Positions 47,324 to 61,424 of a stretch of 64,000 nucleotides of DNA are shown here, piece by piece; position 1 is the stretch's first letter; the number at the start of each line of letters is the position of its first letter. Position numbers and translations under genes: made by a program. The notes beneath the pieces are model-generated. The model saw only the letters and a program-made list of their open reading frames with translations. It ran no database searches and was not told the origin of the DNA. Source of the DNA: Fistulifera solaris (lineage: Eukaryota); assembly GCA_030295235.1 (NCBI GenBank), contig AP026136.1, positions 496,001-560,000 on the forward strand. The letters are read 5' to 3'.

Positions 47324-47953
47324 CACGAAAAATGAAAATGGAGAACAGTACTGTTGCAAGCTTCAAAGAAGAGTTGAGCAGAAAACTTTCTATGGAGAAG
47401 CTATCAAGTAGGAAAGGAAGTGAACAGAAACTTTGCTTTTGCTTTATGCGCAATACGGTTATGTTGCAAATGAATGATATCCATTTCATCGCCATCGTCG
47501 CTACCGTATCGTCGTCGCTTTGCAAAATCTCGCGTCCTGCGCCGTGTCGCAAAATATGATGCCGTAGCGGAGGACAGACGCTTGTAGCTCGTGACCCGCG
47601 ACTCGTGACTTACTTATCCACGAATTATCGTCTGTGCGTCGTCACGTACATCACTCTCGTCTGCCAACTGCCAATACCCAATACCCTGGTACAAAGTACA
47701 AAGTAAGAAGAAAAAATTGTATGGAGTAAAAATTAAAAAATCGCAACATGAGACATGAGCATATCCGACTTGATCTAACCATACGAAGAATAGCTGGACG
47801 GATCCCCAAAGCTTAAAAATCAAATGAATAAAAAAATGACAAAAAAGAGGAAAGCAGCCAGGTTGAGCGGCTCGCAGCAGACGGGAACGAGTACAAAGCA
47901 AGACGACAGGACCGAGAATTCTTCCTGCTGTATCCGAGTCACAGCGAATAGAC

Positions 47954-49355
47954 ATGATGATGTCGAAGAATCTCTTTGCAACAACTATTAGGACCGTTAT
48001 CCAAAGATATATTTATGTCGCAGTATTTTCGTTCAAAAGCAGTGCACGTGAAATCTTCTGTCGCACGCTTTCAAGGTTTAATGGACGAATTGTCCGATGC
48101 GGAACGAATTCTACAAGAAACGTCATCGGAATCGATCTTCGTATGGCTACCTTCGAACCAATCTTCGAAAGAGTCTCACATCAAATCAATTGAAGTTTCG
48201 GATCCAGGAGCAGCTTATGCCCTACTGCAAGCAGGACATGCTACGTATTGTCGAGCGCTTTCGCACATTGAAGAACATTTAGTACGCCGACTCTTGCAAG
48301 ATACGCAGGTTGGTTGTGGGTGTCAACATTCTGCTTTGGCGAGAGGAGAAGTTGAAGTCTTCATCGGAGCTTCTTCTGAGCAGGTCACAGGATGGCACAT
48401 GGATTTTCAAGAAAATTTCACCATACAATTGACCGGGAAAAAGCAATGGGACCTAAAAGCGAGCACCGTCCAACATCCGTTACGAGGCGTGACTCCTCAT
48501 TATGCATCTCCCGAAATGGTGGAACCACAACTTAAAGCGGCTCGATTGGCGGATCCCAATTTTCAGTTTGATCATCCCAACGAGAGGAACAGTGTTGGTG
48601 AAATCGAAACGGTAATTTTGGGGCCGGGTGACGTGTTGTATCATCCAGCGGGGATCTGGCACAGAGTCAAAGTTCTTGAACCTGGTATTTCGATCAATAT
48701 ATCGCTCATGGCATCGAATTATGCAACGTTAGTCTGTCAGTCCCTACAGCACTATCTATTGGAACGTCCAGCTTGGCGACAACTTATACAAGGTGCGACT
48801 CCGTTGGATGGTTTGCTCGCGGAGCTGCCCGACATCATCAATCAATTCATTCGCGAAACAGGGACGAACGGTATACTTCCACCAGTGATTCAAGAGGGCG
48901 GGATTAAAACTACTGAAGGCGAAGGTGACAACGATGAAATGAGCGACAATGATAGTGAGACGACGAGTGTTGCTGCTGTTGATGTTGAAATTGTAGATGC
49001 AGACTCCTTTCCAGCGCATTACAGTTTGGAAGGCTTTGAGAGCCTTGTCTTGACAATCAATCCTTTGGCATCCCTTCTCGATCAAAAGGAAATCCGGAAG
49101 TATTACCACGGTGCGTCTGAGATTAATACTCTTGAAAGCATCAAGATTTTGAACGTCAATTTTGCGGGAAACGAGAACCACGAGAGCCTAGTGCGGGTAA
49201 TCTTTCGAACAAATCATTACGATATAGTAGAACAGTATTTGAAGAAAACAGACGGAGGTCTACTGCCGCGAGAGGCCGTTCCGTTGTCAAATTTCTTGAT
49301 TCACTACGGATACATCATCGCCAACGCCGGTAGCGGAGATGAAGCGATGATATAA
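47954..49355 (+). CDS. JmjC/cupin-4 2-oxoglutarate oxygenase (ROXA/RIOX-like)
   Basis: LLGPLSKDIFMSQYF; WHMDFQENFTIQLTGKKQW; LGPGDVLYHPAGIWHRV. The HxD...H iron triad is intact. Start is approximate. Confidence 0.85.
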
Positions 49356-49654
49356 GTGACAGAATTATTCATGAATAGAATATTGGCTGTTGTAGAATTT
49401 AGTCAACTTTCGTCTAAGTAGCTTCGAACAAGATCATAGCTCCAAGTCACAGGAATTCGTGATTTCAAGTAGACCGTATCACACGTCAACGATCAACGCT
49501 CGGACACGGACGAGTCACGCATGGAGAAGCATTTTTCCAACGACGCGTGTGTGCGCCGCTTTTTGTTCTTGAACGACGAATCTTGTAACACACTAGTTAT
49601 ATTGATCTCTCTCCCTTGCATCAGAATTACTTTACGACGAACTCACTGTTTATC

Positions 49655-51557
49655 ATGAATAGTTTCGTTCCTCGAGTGGCGACTCTGCTGTCCCTGCCGC
49701 TTCTTCAGCCAGCCGCGTCTTTCCAAGTACCTGGCTTCACGAGACCTCATCGACCTACATCTCTTCGAGTATCCGAGAATTTTCTTAGCTTTGAAGACGT
49801 TTCCGGTCCGGCTACCAACACGCAAATTGCGCCGCATGCGGATGACCCGATTGTGGGAGAGCTGGTACCGGAGCACGAACGACCTAACGGCGAGTCGGAT
49901 ATTTTGACGACCCTCCCTCGTCATTCGAATCCTCGTGTGACCGAGATTCTTATCAAGACGGAGCAGCTGCTGCAACAGTTCCACAAAGCGGCACAAAATA
50001 TGAAATTAGAGGAAGCCGCTGCTGACAAAGAATCAGAAGAACGGGAAGAAAGTATCTTTGCAAATAATTACGTGGATCTGGGAAAAATCGACACTATTGG
50101 CTTCGATTACGACTATACACTTGTGACGTACACAGACGATCTTCTCGACCTCATTTACGAGAAGGCCCTCGCCCGCTTGGTGAGCGATCGTCAGTATCCG
50201 TCCGAAATGCTTGATTCGGGGCTGAAATATGATCCTTTCTTTTCTATTCGAGGCTTGGCGGTCGATAAGGAGACCGGATGGATTACCCATTTATCGTACA
50301 CTCACAAAGTTGCAGTTGCGTGGGAGGGTAGAACGAAGCTTCCCACATCACGTTTGCTACAAGAATATCGCATGAAACGAGCTCTCGATCCTGCTGGTCG
50401 TAAGAAGCGCTTAAAACCCCTGAATGATCTGTTTTCGATGTCGGAGTGCTGCTTGATTGCTGATACCATTCAATTCTTCAAAGATCGCAATATAGCGTAC
50501 AGTCCTAAAAACGTCGTCAATGACGTTCTCCAGGCAGTGACAGAAACTCATTTATCCGGAGAATTTCACCGACTTGTTGCAGCTCACCCGGAACGATATT
50601 TCCGACCAACCCCACACCTTTCTCAGGTTTTGAGCAATTTCAAAGCTGCCGGAAAGCGTCTTATTTTCGTTTCCAATTCTCCTTTCTGGTATGTTGATGC
50701 CGGGATGAAATATATATTTGGTCACGACTGGCTGAAGGAGTGGGATGCTATCATTACAAGTAAGTGACGTGAAGTGATAAGATGTTCTTGTGTATTCGTG
50801 CGTCGTACTAAAGACAACAATTCCTCTCAGGTGCTGGTAAGCCCAATTTCTATACAGACACGTCGCGGCCCTTTCGAGAAGTCTGCCTTGAAACAGGTCG
50901 TCTACTTTTTCGCGAAGTTGATAGTTTCGAAGCAGGAAAAGTCTATACCGAAGGTTGTTTGAATGAACTAATGAGATTAATGGATTGGTCGCCAAAGCAC
51001 AACACAGACTATGAGCTAAATCTGGTCAGCGGCTCGCACGATGTCGCCACTGCCAATGTACTGTACATTGGCGATTCTCTCTTGCCGATTTAGTGGATGC
51101 AAAGCGCCAGTATGGCTGGACAACCGCAGCAGTAACACCCGAGGTCGGTTATGAAATGGATGTGCAAAACAAAGCGGACTTTGTGATGTCGCAGCAATCG
51201 ATCGAACTTCTCTTGAACGCCTTGCGGATGGTTCAAGATCAGTTGGGAATCACCATTAGAACAAGAGAGGATAAGAAGGTCCTCAACGAGCTGGAAAGGC
51301 TCGTTTCCCTGTGGCGTGACCGCGAGACCAGCATATTGGGTAATCCCTTTGGAAGTGTGTTCAGAGCGCGATACCAGCCTTCTTTGTTCGCTCATTCGTT
51401 GCGAAGGTACTGTGACCTTTACATGACATCAGTAAGCAGCCTTCGTTTCTATAGTCCCGAACACCGGTTTTACCCAGAGCAAACACACCGCCTTTTGGCG
51501 CACGAAATCCAAGATGGTCCTACTTGCTTCGATTTTGACGGCTTGATGAGAGACTAA
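49655..51557 (+). CDS. HAD-superfamily IG 5'-nucleotidase (cN-II/NT5DC-like), plastid-targeted
   Basis: Signal peptide with AAS-FQVP; IFANN, GFDYDYTLVTY, IRGL, LIFVSNSPFWYV, AGKP.FY, LYIGD, GWTTAAV.PE, NPFGSVFR, RYCDLYMTS. Intron 50760-50830. Confidence 0.9.
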
Positions 51558-51711
51558 GTTTCTTGAGCTAGTTACATTAAAGAGAGACGGGGATGTGTCG
51601 ATACGCCATGCAGTGCGCTCATTACACACATCCATTAACAACATGTTGTGTTACTTTTATGTCTGTTTGATAATGCTAGAACGAAAATGCGCTCGCAGTC
51701 AACCATCGTCA

Positions 51712-52671
51712 TTAACCTGTCATGAAGCGGTAAAAGAGCAAACTACAACTGGTTGACAAAAGGGAAGAAAGTCTCAATGAAGCAAAGGCTTTTGAAGTCT
51801 CGCGTGTTTCTGGGTAATCGATCACCCCTATGTTTTGACTAGGCGATTCGCTTGTTGATCCGTCGCAAACAAAGTTCTCCGGAATACTTTTTGAGTTTTG
51901 ACACAAGACGAGCTGAATCCAAGGGTACATCGAAGACACCCTGACGCTAAGAAGAGCCAGGGCAGGAGAACTACAGTCGATTGGACTAGCAATAACAGCA
52001 ACTTGCAGAGCAGACCCTTCGGAATTCAGTAGAAAGGGCGCACCAGCGTCTCCGCTGCAGACTGAAGATCTTTTGCTGTGAGGAATCGAGCAAAGTGAGT
52101 GTTCAATAATATCGTCACGATAATAAATCGTCTCGTTGGGCTTCTGCCCCCATGATGCGATACAGGCGCCGTCCGGCACGTACGTGTACGTAGCTGTGAC
52201 AAGCTGGTCTGAAATGTGAGAGGTATTCCAGCCGACGGCAACTAGATCAGCGGAACTTTGTGGAATCAGTGGCTTGTCGTTTAGTTGAACGGGTGATTGA
52301 GCTATCTTGCCTGAGTCAAAAAAGATCAGACCAAGGTTGTAGGGGTCTACGCTGACACCTCCACTTGAACTTGGATCTCGCCCAGTGTACTCAGGATGTT
52401 TTACTGCTTTCCTAATTGGGTGCGTTTCGTTCGATCCGGTGCCTACTTGTACAACAACTTTTAAGCAATGGGCGGCCGTGAGGACTGTGTCGTGGGCGAT
52501 TAGTGTCCCACCACACTTATGATTTCCATCTTCGTCTTCCAAGGTTACCATGAAGGAGAACCTGTCATCAAGGACCATTTTACCATTAAAAATGAGGGAA
52601 CGATCAAGTAGACCAGTTGTCTGGTGTAAACTAGCCACTAGCGCGCAAAGTTTCACTTGGGCCATCATCAT
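51712..52671 (-). CDS. Trypsin-like (S1A) protease homolog, predicted catalytically inactive
   Basis: IFNG N-terminus and CGGTLIAHDTVLTAAHC, but GDAGAP instead of GDSGGP and YNLGLI at the Asp position. Signal peptide and hydrophobic tail. Confidence 0.85.
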   Translation of the reverse strand: MMMAQVKLCALVASLHQTTGLLDRSLIFNGKMVLDDRFSFMVTLEDEDGNHKCGGTLIAHDTVLTAAHCLKVVVQVGTGSNETHPIRKAVKHPEYTGRDPSSSGGVSVDPYNLGLIFFDSGKIAQSPVQLNDKPLIPQSSADLVAVGWNTSHISDQLVTATYTYVPDGACIASWGQKPNETIYYRDDIIEHSLCSIPHSKRSSVCSGDAGAPFLLNSEGSALQVAVIASPIDCSSPALALLSVRVSSMYPWIQLVLCQNSKSIPENFVCDGSTSESPSQNIGVIDYPETRETSKAFASLRLSSLLSTSCSLLFYRFMTG

Positions 52672-52982
52672 GACTGGTGTATTGAGGACTTGAGTTATTT
52701 AGTGGCAATTTTTGTCGTCATGCTGATCAATAAGGTATTTCACACGAAAACCTTTCGGACCACCTTTTCACAATTAACCGTCGGTTTCACACAATGAATT
52801 TCCCTTGATGTGCAATGTGCTCACGACATAACCATGTCACCGGCCCTCTCAACAGTAACGAACTTATGATAAACAGAAAACAGCTAGTTTAATGAAACTA
52901 TAACTGCATGAGACAGGAACATCTGTCTTGGAAAACAAGTAAGCTTGTGGACTCTAGCCATCGCAAGGTTAATGACGACGAC

Positions 52983-55900
52983 TCAATTCGCACGATAGTC
53001 AAGTGTCTTGAGCCCAACGAAAGTTAAAAGACGTGTCGCGACGACCAGTACAATCAGATACAGAATATTCCACGGGATGCTGTCGGTAGACCAATCCGAG
53101 AACGAACTCTGCACCCAACCTTCCGCAGTGCCTACGCAGATCTCTTCTGCGTTTGTGCAACCAGAGAAATAAAGAAGGGGCTTCCGGGCGATGCTTCGAT
53201 TGGGGTGTTGTCATTTTCGTACTGACTCATAAAGATTCCTTCAAATATGTAGTGACCAGGTGTCACCCAATACATGAAAATCCAAAAGATAGGGATCTCA
53301 CTGGGTCTTGTCATTATACCCGAAAACATAGCTGTTGTACTAACAAGTACTCCACCAATAACTTGAGCCGTCTCCGCATCACGCAACAGGCTCACAAACA
53401 TCTGACCCAGAAATGTAAACGAGCAAAAGCCTAGCGTAACAAAGAGATAGAAAAGGAAAAACTTCCCGGCATCGATATCGAACCCCATAATAAAATAAAA
53501 TGGAATGACGTACATGGTAGACGTCAGTAAGACAAATGGGATTTCACAAAAGTGAAGGCCATTGCGACCGCGGATGGACGATACATCCCCGCGGCTTTGT
53601 GACGATAGTACATGTTTCTTTCAAATTCGAACACAGCCAGGACAGTGTTTTGAGCATTGACGCACAGGAAGAGAGTCGCTATAAAGACGGAGTTGACACG
53701 CGAGTTCATATCGCTCTCGCTCTTAGGTACCCTTTGGGATGCGTAGACACTGGCGAACAACATCGCCACCAAAAACGACACCATGACTCTGGTCAAATTA
53801 TACGCCGGCGAGCGGAAGTAAATTCTGAAAGCCCGTTTGAAAACAGCTCTTGCTTGAGTGTCTCTAGATGACGCATATCGTGAAGAATATGTCACCTGGT
53901 TTGCGTCGCTTATCTCGTTAGCGAGCTCTTGAATTCGTTGGAGACATTTTTTGTGTAAATCAGATTGCGCGTAACATCCCGCAAAATCAAATGGCCTCCC
54001 AGCAGTGGCGTGGCTTCCCGCACCGATCGCTGTCAACATCCAGGTTGCAGGGTTTTCACCAGGCTGAATTCGTGGAGTGGCGTCGTATCGTTCAAAATAA
54101 CGAATCAAATTTTCGGAATGTTGGCCAAGGTCCCCATGGAACACAACTTCACCGCCACGCTTTAGCAAAAGAAGACTGTTGAAGTCATTAAAGATTGCAA
54201 CGGAAGGTTGGTGAATTGTTGCGCAGACGGCACGGCCTTCGGACGCAATACGCTTCATGCCCCGCATGACAATTGCGGCCGCACGAGCGTCCTGAAAGAA
54301 GAGGTGTATAAAGTGTGTACCTATTAGATACAATTTAGGAAATACTAAAAAAATTCTGCACGTACCAGTCCACTGGTCGGCTCGTCCAGAAACAAAATAG
54401 ATGGGTTAGCTGCAACTTCCACCGCGATACTCAACCGCTTGCGTTGCTCAAAGGACAATCCTCCCTCTTCGTCTGAACCAACTTGCAAATCTTGCAAATT
54501 CGTCAGTTCCAACATGTAAAGGACCTGGTCAACGAACTTGGGAATCGCCTCTGATGGTGTCGTATTCTCGTCCAACCGCAATTGCGCACTGAACTCTACC
54601 GTCTCTCTGATAGTTAACTGAGGAGACTGTGTATCGAATTGCTCGACATATCCAGTGCACCGTCGAAACGACTTCTCTTCTTGGGGATGCCCGTTCATCA
54701 AAATCTTTCCCGAAACTTCTCCCGTAGACTTACGAAGGGCAAGGACGTCCATGAGAGTCGTCTTACCAGCTCCTGAGGAACCCATCAACTTTGAAGAGAC
54801 GAATATAAATTTAGGATTCAAGTATCATGAGGGCTGGTGGTCTGCAGTGTGCACTTAACAGCCCTGTGCGGGCCTAAACTGCTTCGTGACTTACCGCTGT
54901 CATTTTCCCTGCCTCTATTACGCCATCTACCCCCTTGAGCAACTCCAATTTCTCGTTCGTTATACTGGATTGAACGACATAGTGCACATCTTCAAAAGTC
55001 AGGCTGACACGCGGAAATGGAATCTGAACATTTTCTTGGGGCACCTCCATCTCCTCGTCACCATGGTCTGTCACTAGAGATTGTCCCGTAGCAAACCGGA
55101 CGTTATTGAGAAAGTAGGTCGTTAGTATGACTGCTACCGACGCGCTTCCTATTGCAAAGAGAAGTGCATACCAAGCCCAATCTCTAGTATATGGGTCGCC
55201 ACTTTCATCGGTAAATCCAAATCGTACCAAGGCCATCTGTCCCTCCGTGAAATTAGTCCCAGGAACAATTGAATCATACTTTCCCGAGTCGAATTCGTTG
55301 ACAACAAGCCCTCGGAGGGCCCATGCAGTGAAGTTCAGGTAATACAACCAGATGTAGTAGTTCGGTATGACATCCGGTTGGACAGTGAAGCCCGAGAATA
55401 GAACAAACAAGATCGCTGTTAATGCCATACACGCCTGAGAAGGTGCATGTGAGCGACTGGAGTTACAAGACATTCCAAGGGCTCGCTGCCGACAGCTCGA
55501 CACTCACCTGAGCAACTGTCAGTGTTTGTACACCAGCAGAAAAGAATCCGAAGAACAATCCACTCGTCAAGCTCATTGTAAACAGTAAAAGCCAAAACAA
55601 GAAAAAGTTTCCGATCGTTGCTCCATCATTGTGCGCTAATCCAGCCAAGAAATAAACAGCCGTTCCGTAGATGGTTGCGTCCATCAACGCATTGGGAATT
55701 GAAGCTAGACTGCGTCCAGCAATATAACACCAAGTAGGAAAGAAATTAGCGTCTTGCTGCTTGTAGAAGATGCTCCTGGCTGGAAACTGTTTTATCACTG
55801 AGGTCATACCACCGACAATAACGAAGAAGACGCTTTGGAATAGAACGCCCACCACACTCTGAATGTCGCTCAACTGAAAGTAAAGTGTCCCAACGATGGT

Positions 55901-57497
55901 CCCCATGATAACAGTCTGCATAATCTTGGCCTTGATTTGATACTTGTCCCTCCACCACAAAGTGAATTCGCGGTCTATCAACAACTGGAGAGACTGAAAC
56001 GAAGTACTTCGGTAGCGTATGGTTGCCATGGTTTGGACAACCGGAGGCGTTTCGTGCTGTTGCTCAATCTTTTCGAGGATCGCTTTACCCATTTCACTGG
56101 AGTAGAACTTTTCGTGGAATTGTTGAGTCGTTAAATGTTTCTGATTTGGATCCTTCAGGTACATCGATCCATCTTTCGGAAGAGCCTGCAGCCAGTCTGC
56201 CGCATCCATTCGCTCAGGAATTTCGTAACCCAACTCTTCGAAATAAGGAATAGCGCGGTCGACCGGGCCGCAATAAATAATTTGACCTTCACTGAGCAAA
56301 ATGAGCTCATCGAAATTAGCGACAGTTTCCGGTGGTGGCTGCAATAAACTCACAATTCTCACACTGGACGTCACGCGGCTGGCAGCCGCCATGTCGCGAG
56401 TAATATCGTATGTTGTGGCCGCATCCAACCCAGTACTGATTTCATCCATGCAGCACACAGGGGTGGATAGCACCATCATTTCGGCGACAGTAACACGCTT
56501 CCTTTCGCCACCACTCACACCTCGCACTTTTTGGGAGTCTCCGACAAACGTGTCTTTGACCCGGGCGAGACCCAGCAGCTCCAGGACACGCTTCACGACA
56601 AAGAAATCTTTGTCCATTTGAGCCACCATCGCTTCGACATCGGCTCCTTCGCCAAACAGTTCTCTGTGATGAGTACCACCGGAACGACACAGCCAGGCAA
56701 ACTTGCAGGTCTCTTCGACAGTCAAAAAGGGATGCAAACGATCAATTTGATCAATGTAACCCACCAAGTTCGTCCACACAATATCTTTCGTAGGCTCGAT
56801 ACCGCACACGCTCACTTTTCCTCCAAATTCATGATTCTTGGACAGATGCAAGCCCTGTGAGATCATCTTGAGCAACGTGCTTTTTCCACTGCCCGGAGAA
56901 CCGAGCACCAAGTACAGCTTTCCGGCTTCCAAATAAAGATGCGCATTTTGAAAAATGGTCTTTTCAACCTTTTTTGGTACGGTTGCCACGCAACCATTGC
57001 AAAATCTTGTTGAGCGGAGATTCGGTGCCGACCGTGCGGATCTTCTGCTTGGCGCGGCGGTGCCCGCTGTTGTCAATCTCTTCCGACGACGCTGCCTTCG
57101 AAACGAAATTGGTTACCTTGTATTTTCCATTTTTGAGTACAACGTTGTATTCCGGTTGCGTTGCCTTGAGTTTGGCCAATAACTCACGAATCTCACTAGC
57201 AATAGCGACGTCTTCTTTCAATAATTCGAGTTGCAACTTTTCGTGGTTGGCCGCCATCGCATCGGCTTGTCCGGACATGCGACGACAAACGGACGGATCC
57301 AACAATGTGTCTTTCAAACGCTCCGGAACTTCCACATTGTTGCTGCGAGTGTTTCGTGTGAGATGTGATGCATGTAAAAACAGACCCCGGTTCCTTCCTT
57401 CCCTTTTTTTGACTTACGAGGCACACAAATCCAGCAATTCCTGGATGCCGAGCCGGAGACGCTCAATACGACCCGCCGCTTCATCTTCCTCACTCAT
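52983..57497 (-). CDS. Full-size ABCG/PDR-type ABC transporter
   Basis: NBD1 GSPGSGKSTLL, VRGVSGGERKRVT, MDEISTGLD, SLLQPPPE; NBD2 LMGSSGAGKTTLMDVLA, GLSFEQRKRLSIAVE, FLDEPTSGL, TIHQPS; two TMDs. At least four introns and several frameshifts; ends ...KTLDYRAN*. Confidence 0.93.
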
Positions 57498-58212
57498 CTT
57501 GTTCGCGATCACTCCCACCCTTCTAAAAGGTTTTTTTAAAAACCTATTAGAAGCAAGAGATGATGAAATAATAAAGGCAACCAAATCAAGGTGAGGAATG
57601 GGGTTCGGGTTGGCAGAGTTTCGGAAAAGATACGGTTTTTTGAGAACGACACGCGTTTTATCTCGCGTCTGTAAATAATGACCGTGACTGAAGGACGGAT
57701 CGGATCGAGGTGGAGTGAAGTCTGTCAGTCGACTCCGAAGAATGCGCATGTTCTTGGTTCTTGCGCGTAGGGTCATAATGCCACCTTCGCTCCCGTAACT
57801 CAGTGTAGAAGAGTACACAGTCATACGTCACACTGCAATTGGCAATTGGCACCTTCAACGCAGAAGGCGCATCAATTGCCTTGTACATTGTAGACCTATT
57901 GTTCCTTAGAAATCAGTAAAAAATTTTTAAACACTATCGAGGATACAATGGATTCAAAAGGGAGTGCCGGGTGGCGGAGTGGACGTCGGACCACCCTGCC
58001 GAACAACTTTGGGAACAAAAGGAACTCAAGCCATCAAAAAAAAAAACATCACTCCCTTTCTTTCGCGTTGATCGTCGTTTTTGCCATTTCCCGACTTTCA
58101 GAGCATAAAAAATAAAACACACACGAAAGATTCTTGACAACGTCTGAAATCGCATTGAACAAATCAGTTGACAGAACCAGACATTTTCGAAATACTTCAG
58201 TCAAGAGAAGAA

Positions 58213-60534
58213 ATGACAACTCGAGCAATAAATACAGACGACGATCAGGAAAATGCTACGCACCAACACGATAGCCGTTCCACGTCTACAATGAGAAAAA
58301 CGTTTTCAGTCGACTTTACACGGCTGCGACGGCCCGCGCCGCTTCATTCGCGTACCGGAGATAAACATATGGCTTCTCAATTCAGTCTCCGTGCTGCCAG
58401 AGGTAGCTTTAGTTCCGGGTAAGTGCACCCATCCCATGGTCGATGATGTCAAAAGCCGTAGATGTTGCCAAACGTTGTCGACATAACCTCATCCATAATG
58501 TGAGAAAATTGTGACGTGTTGTTTCGGCTTCCACCCGTTTTCTCCCTCTCTCTCTCTCACCATCAAGGATGACGCGGAGAAGAAATGGTGTCATCACACT
58601 CTTCTCGATGATTCGATGTTTTTTCTCCCTCCATACCTGGTACACATGCCAACCCAGCGTGTTCCGATGAATCACATGGTGTCGAAAATGTACCGCTGTT
58701 TTCATTTCGTTCACATGAGCCGCTCCTTTATCATCTGACACCATTCTATTTTTACATTTGTTCATTATTGCTGTGCAGAATGTTTCAACTCGAAGAAAAC
58801 TCACTCGACGAGCCTTCCTTACATAAACCACTTTCCGAGTTGGATCCATTGTGTCAGATTTCACCGAGAACGGTGGCGACCTCTAGGCGTACTTCCACTT
58901 CGTGGGAAAATATACCGCCATCGAATACGAGTGAAACTTTGCTATGGGGAGATGTTTTGCGACGTGCTGCACCGAAAATATCCGTTTTTCTCCTGCTGCT
59001 GGGTAGTTTGACATCCCAATGGGAAATGAGTCCAACTGGTGTAGCGTCGCGAGGATCCTCGATCAGCCTGGGGTCTGCTGCTATCTCCTCCGTGACGGAT
59101 ATTTTGTCGCCCATTTTACCCTTTGCGGGTGGACTGGATCTGAGACGAGAAGACTATCAGTTTTGGTCGACTGGTAACTGGTGGGAGCGCTTACAAGATG
59201 TTGTAGAGCAAGTGAAGGACGCTTTTGAATCAGCGAACGGAGACTTGGCTGGTGACGCGACTAGAGATATCAGGCAAAAAGTAAAAGACCTCAGTTCGAA
59301 GAAAACAACGCAGTACAACACTGTGATATCATCACCGACGATGTTTGTAAGCTTGGATATGATCAGCCAGTTGACTTTGGGAGAAGTAGCACAAACATTC
59401 AAGTTTGCTGTGGAAAGCAGCCAGTCCAGTTTCTCGGAACAGCATTTCATGAGCGGTCTGTCTGCGCGCTTGAAACCCGTCATTGTATCCATGCAAAGCG
59501 CCGTTGCGAAGTCCAGGATGGGTGCCAGCAGTAGGATCCTATCTGTTGGTGGTAACAACGGCCAGGTAGATGCTCTCAAGTTTGCAGCAGCTATGCGCAT
59601 TTTTGCGGAATGGCGGCTGTTACGGCAAGTTCCTGAAGGGTACAAGGGTTACGCGGTCGGGATGAGTCTGGGACACAAAGACGTCGTACAGAATGTCGCC
59701 AAAATCGAACTGGCTTCTCAACAATGGCTTGACTATCAAGAAGGACTGCGCATGCTGGAAGGGACAGCCTCCTGTTCCTGCGGTGACGGCGAAGATCTTT
59801 CCAGTCCAACTTTATTCGACCTATTGAACTTTGAAGTTGAACTCGATATTCATCCTGCCCTTCCACGATTGAAAGAGAAGTCTGCGGCCATGGGCTTGCT
59901 GTGGGTGAAGCGTCAGCTGTTGTATCAGTCAAGTATTTTTGAGAATATTGTCCAAGTGCCATCGCGTTACGAGTCTGCAAAAGATGCCGTGGATGCTGCT
60001 TACACTCGTGTCTACGGCAAATACCACGGATGGGCTGTTCAGAAGATTTTTAAGTATTCATTCCAAGCAGCCCCCGAAACGGAAAAGATTTTCCGACACA
60101 TGAATCCCAGTAGGTTGAACGAAGCAAAAGCCGAGGCTTTTCGAACATTTCGAACGACTGACATGAATAACAACTCCGAAGATGATGTCGATTTGCAACA
60201 CGAGGATGAAGTGTCTGACAACCCGTTTGTCGCGTTTTTTGATCACATTGGTGGAGAATGGGACAAGTTCGCGAACCATGTTGCGGGAGAATGGGACAAA
60301 TTTGCTCACCATGTTGTCGAAATCTTTGATAACAAATCGAGCAACGGTAATGATACGGAGGGACAAGTTGATGGCTCCGCGCTGAGTGAAGAAATGGAGA
60401 CATTTGTGACCGAGTTGATGATCCAAGACGCCGGCGCCCAGATTGCGTCGTTTTTGACGATTGTCAACCCCTTACTGACGGACTTGGAGCTCCTTTTCGA
60501 CAAGCTCAACATGGATGACCCTACAAAAGTCTAA
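58213..60534 (+). CDS. Glycolipid transfer protein (GLTP)-domain protein, paralog 1
   Basis: KDVVQNVAK, SAAMGLLWVKRQL, AY...YGKYHGWAVQKIF, LNMDDPTKV. Upstream exons inferred from GT donors at 58419 and about 58640 and an acceptor at 58778. Confidence 0.8.
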
Positions 60535-61424
60535 TAACTGTATACATTGAAGACTCGGGTTTCAAGGCTATTTATATTATTAATAACAACATTACACAAA
60601 ACACAAATCTAGCTTAGACATTCGAAAGTCTATATTGCACCGAGGGATTGGCTCACAAGTATGGCGAAGCTCGTTGCAGAAGTGTGTGATTCGCCCTTCC
60701 GAAAAACGGCGTTCGACATACATGTCAAAAGTAAGATATATTCTGGGCTAGCATCGGAACTAACGGAGTTCATCACCGTTATTGAGGCTAAGCTTTGCTG
60801 AATCTATAGATACACCTTGACCCTCGGGATTTGATGATGTGGTTGACGACGAACGACGGACTGATGTCTGGGTGTCAGAAATTAATCGGCACTCGAAAGA
60901 ACTCTCGCTCACCGCTGTAGGAGCGAAGTGTAGTCGTTTCATGTGTTCAGGTACATTATCGAATGCCGCGGACATTCGTTATTCAACCCAAAGTACTCTT
61001 GGTCAGAGTCTTTGCAATTGCGTCAGATCACATGAAATCTCGAACCGCGACAGCATCTTCCACATCAACCATCAACCAGCTTTTACCGGCTAGGTCTCAA
61101 AATGCTGCTGCAATATTCCATGCAAACCAAGTTTATTTGAAGTGCCTAACAACCTACTTCATCATCGAGGTCTCGCCTAAGTGCTTATTGTAGCTGCAGA
61201 GATGTGTATATCAATCAATAACCTCGGGAGCGATTGCCAACTGCGGAATACGACACAACAAAATGCGTGCCCCACGCGTTCTCGTGAAAGTATTTCCGTC
61301 AAGTCCTTACCAACCGCGGTCGTGAAATTGCCTTGGCGATACTTTCTTTGGCCCTTTTGCAAATAACGTAGAAGAATGGCTTCTGCTCAAGGAGGATCAG
61401 AGACGAAAAATTTCGCCGTCGCTG

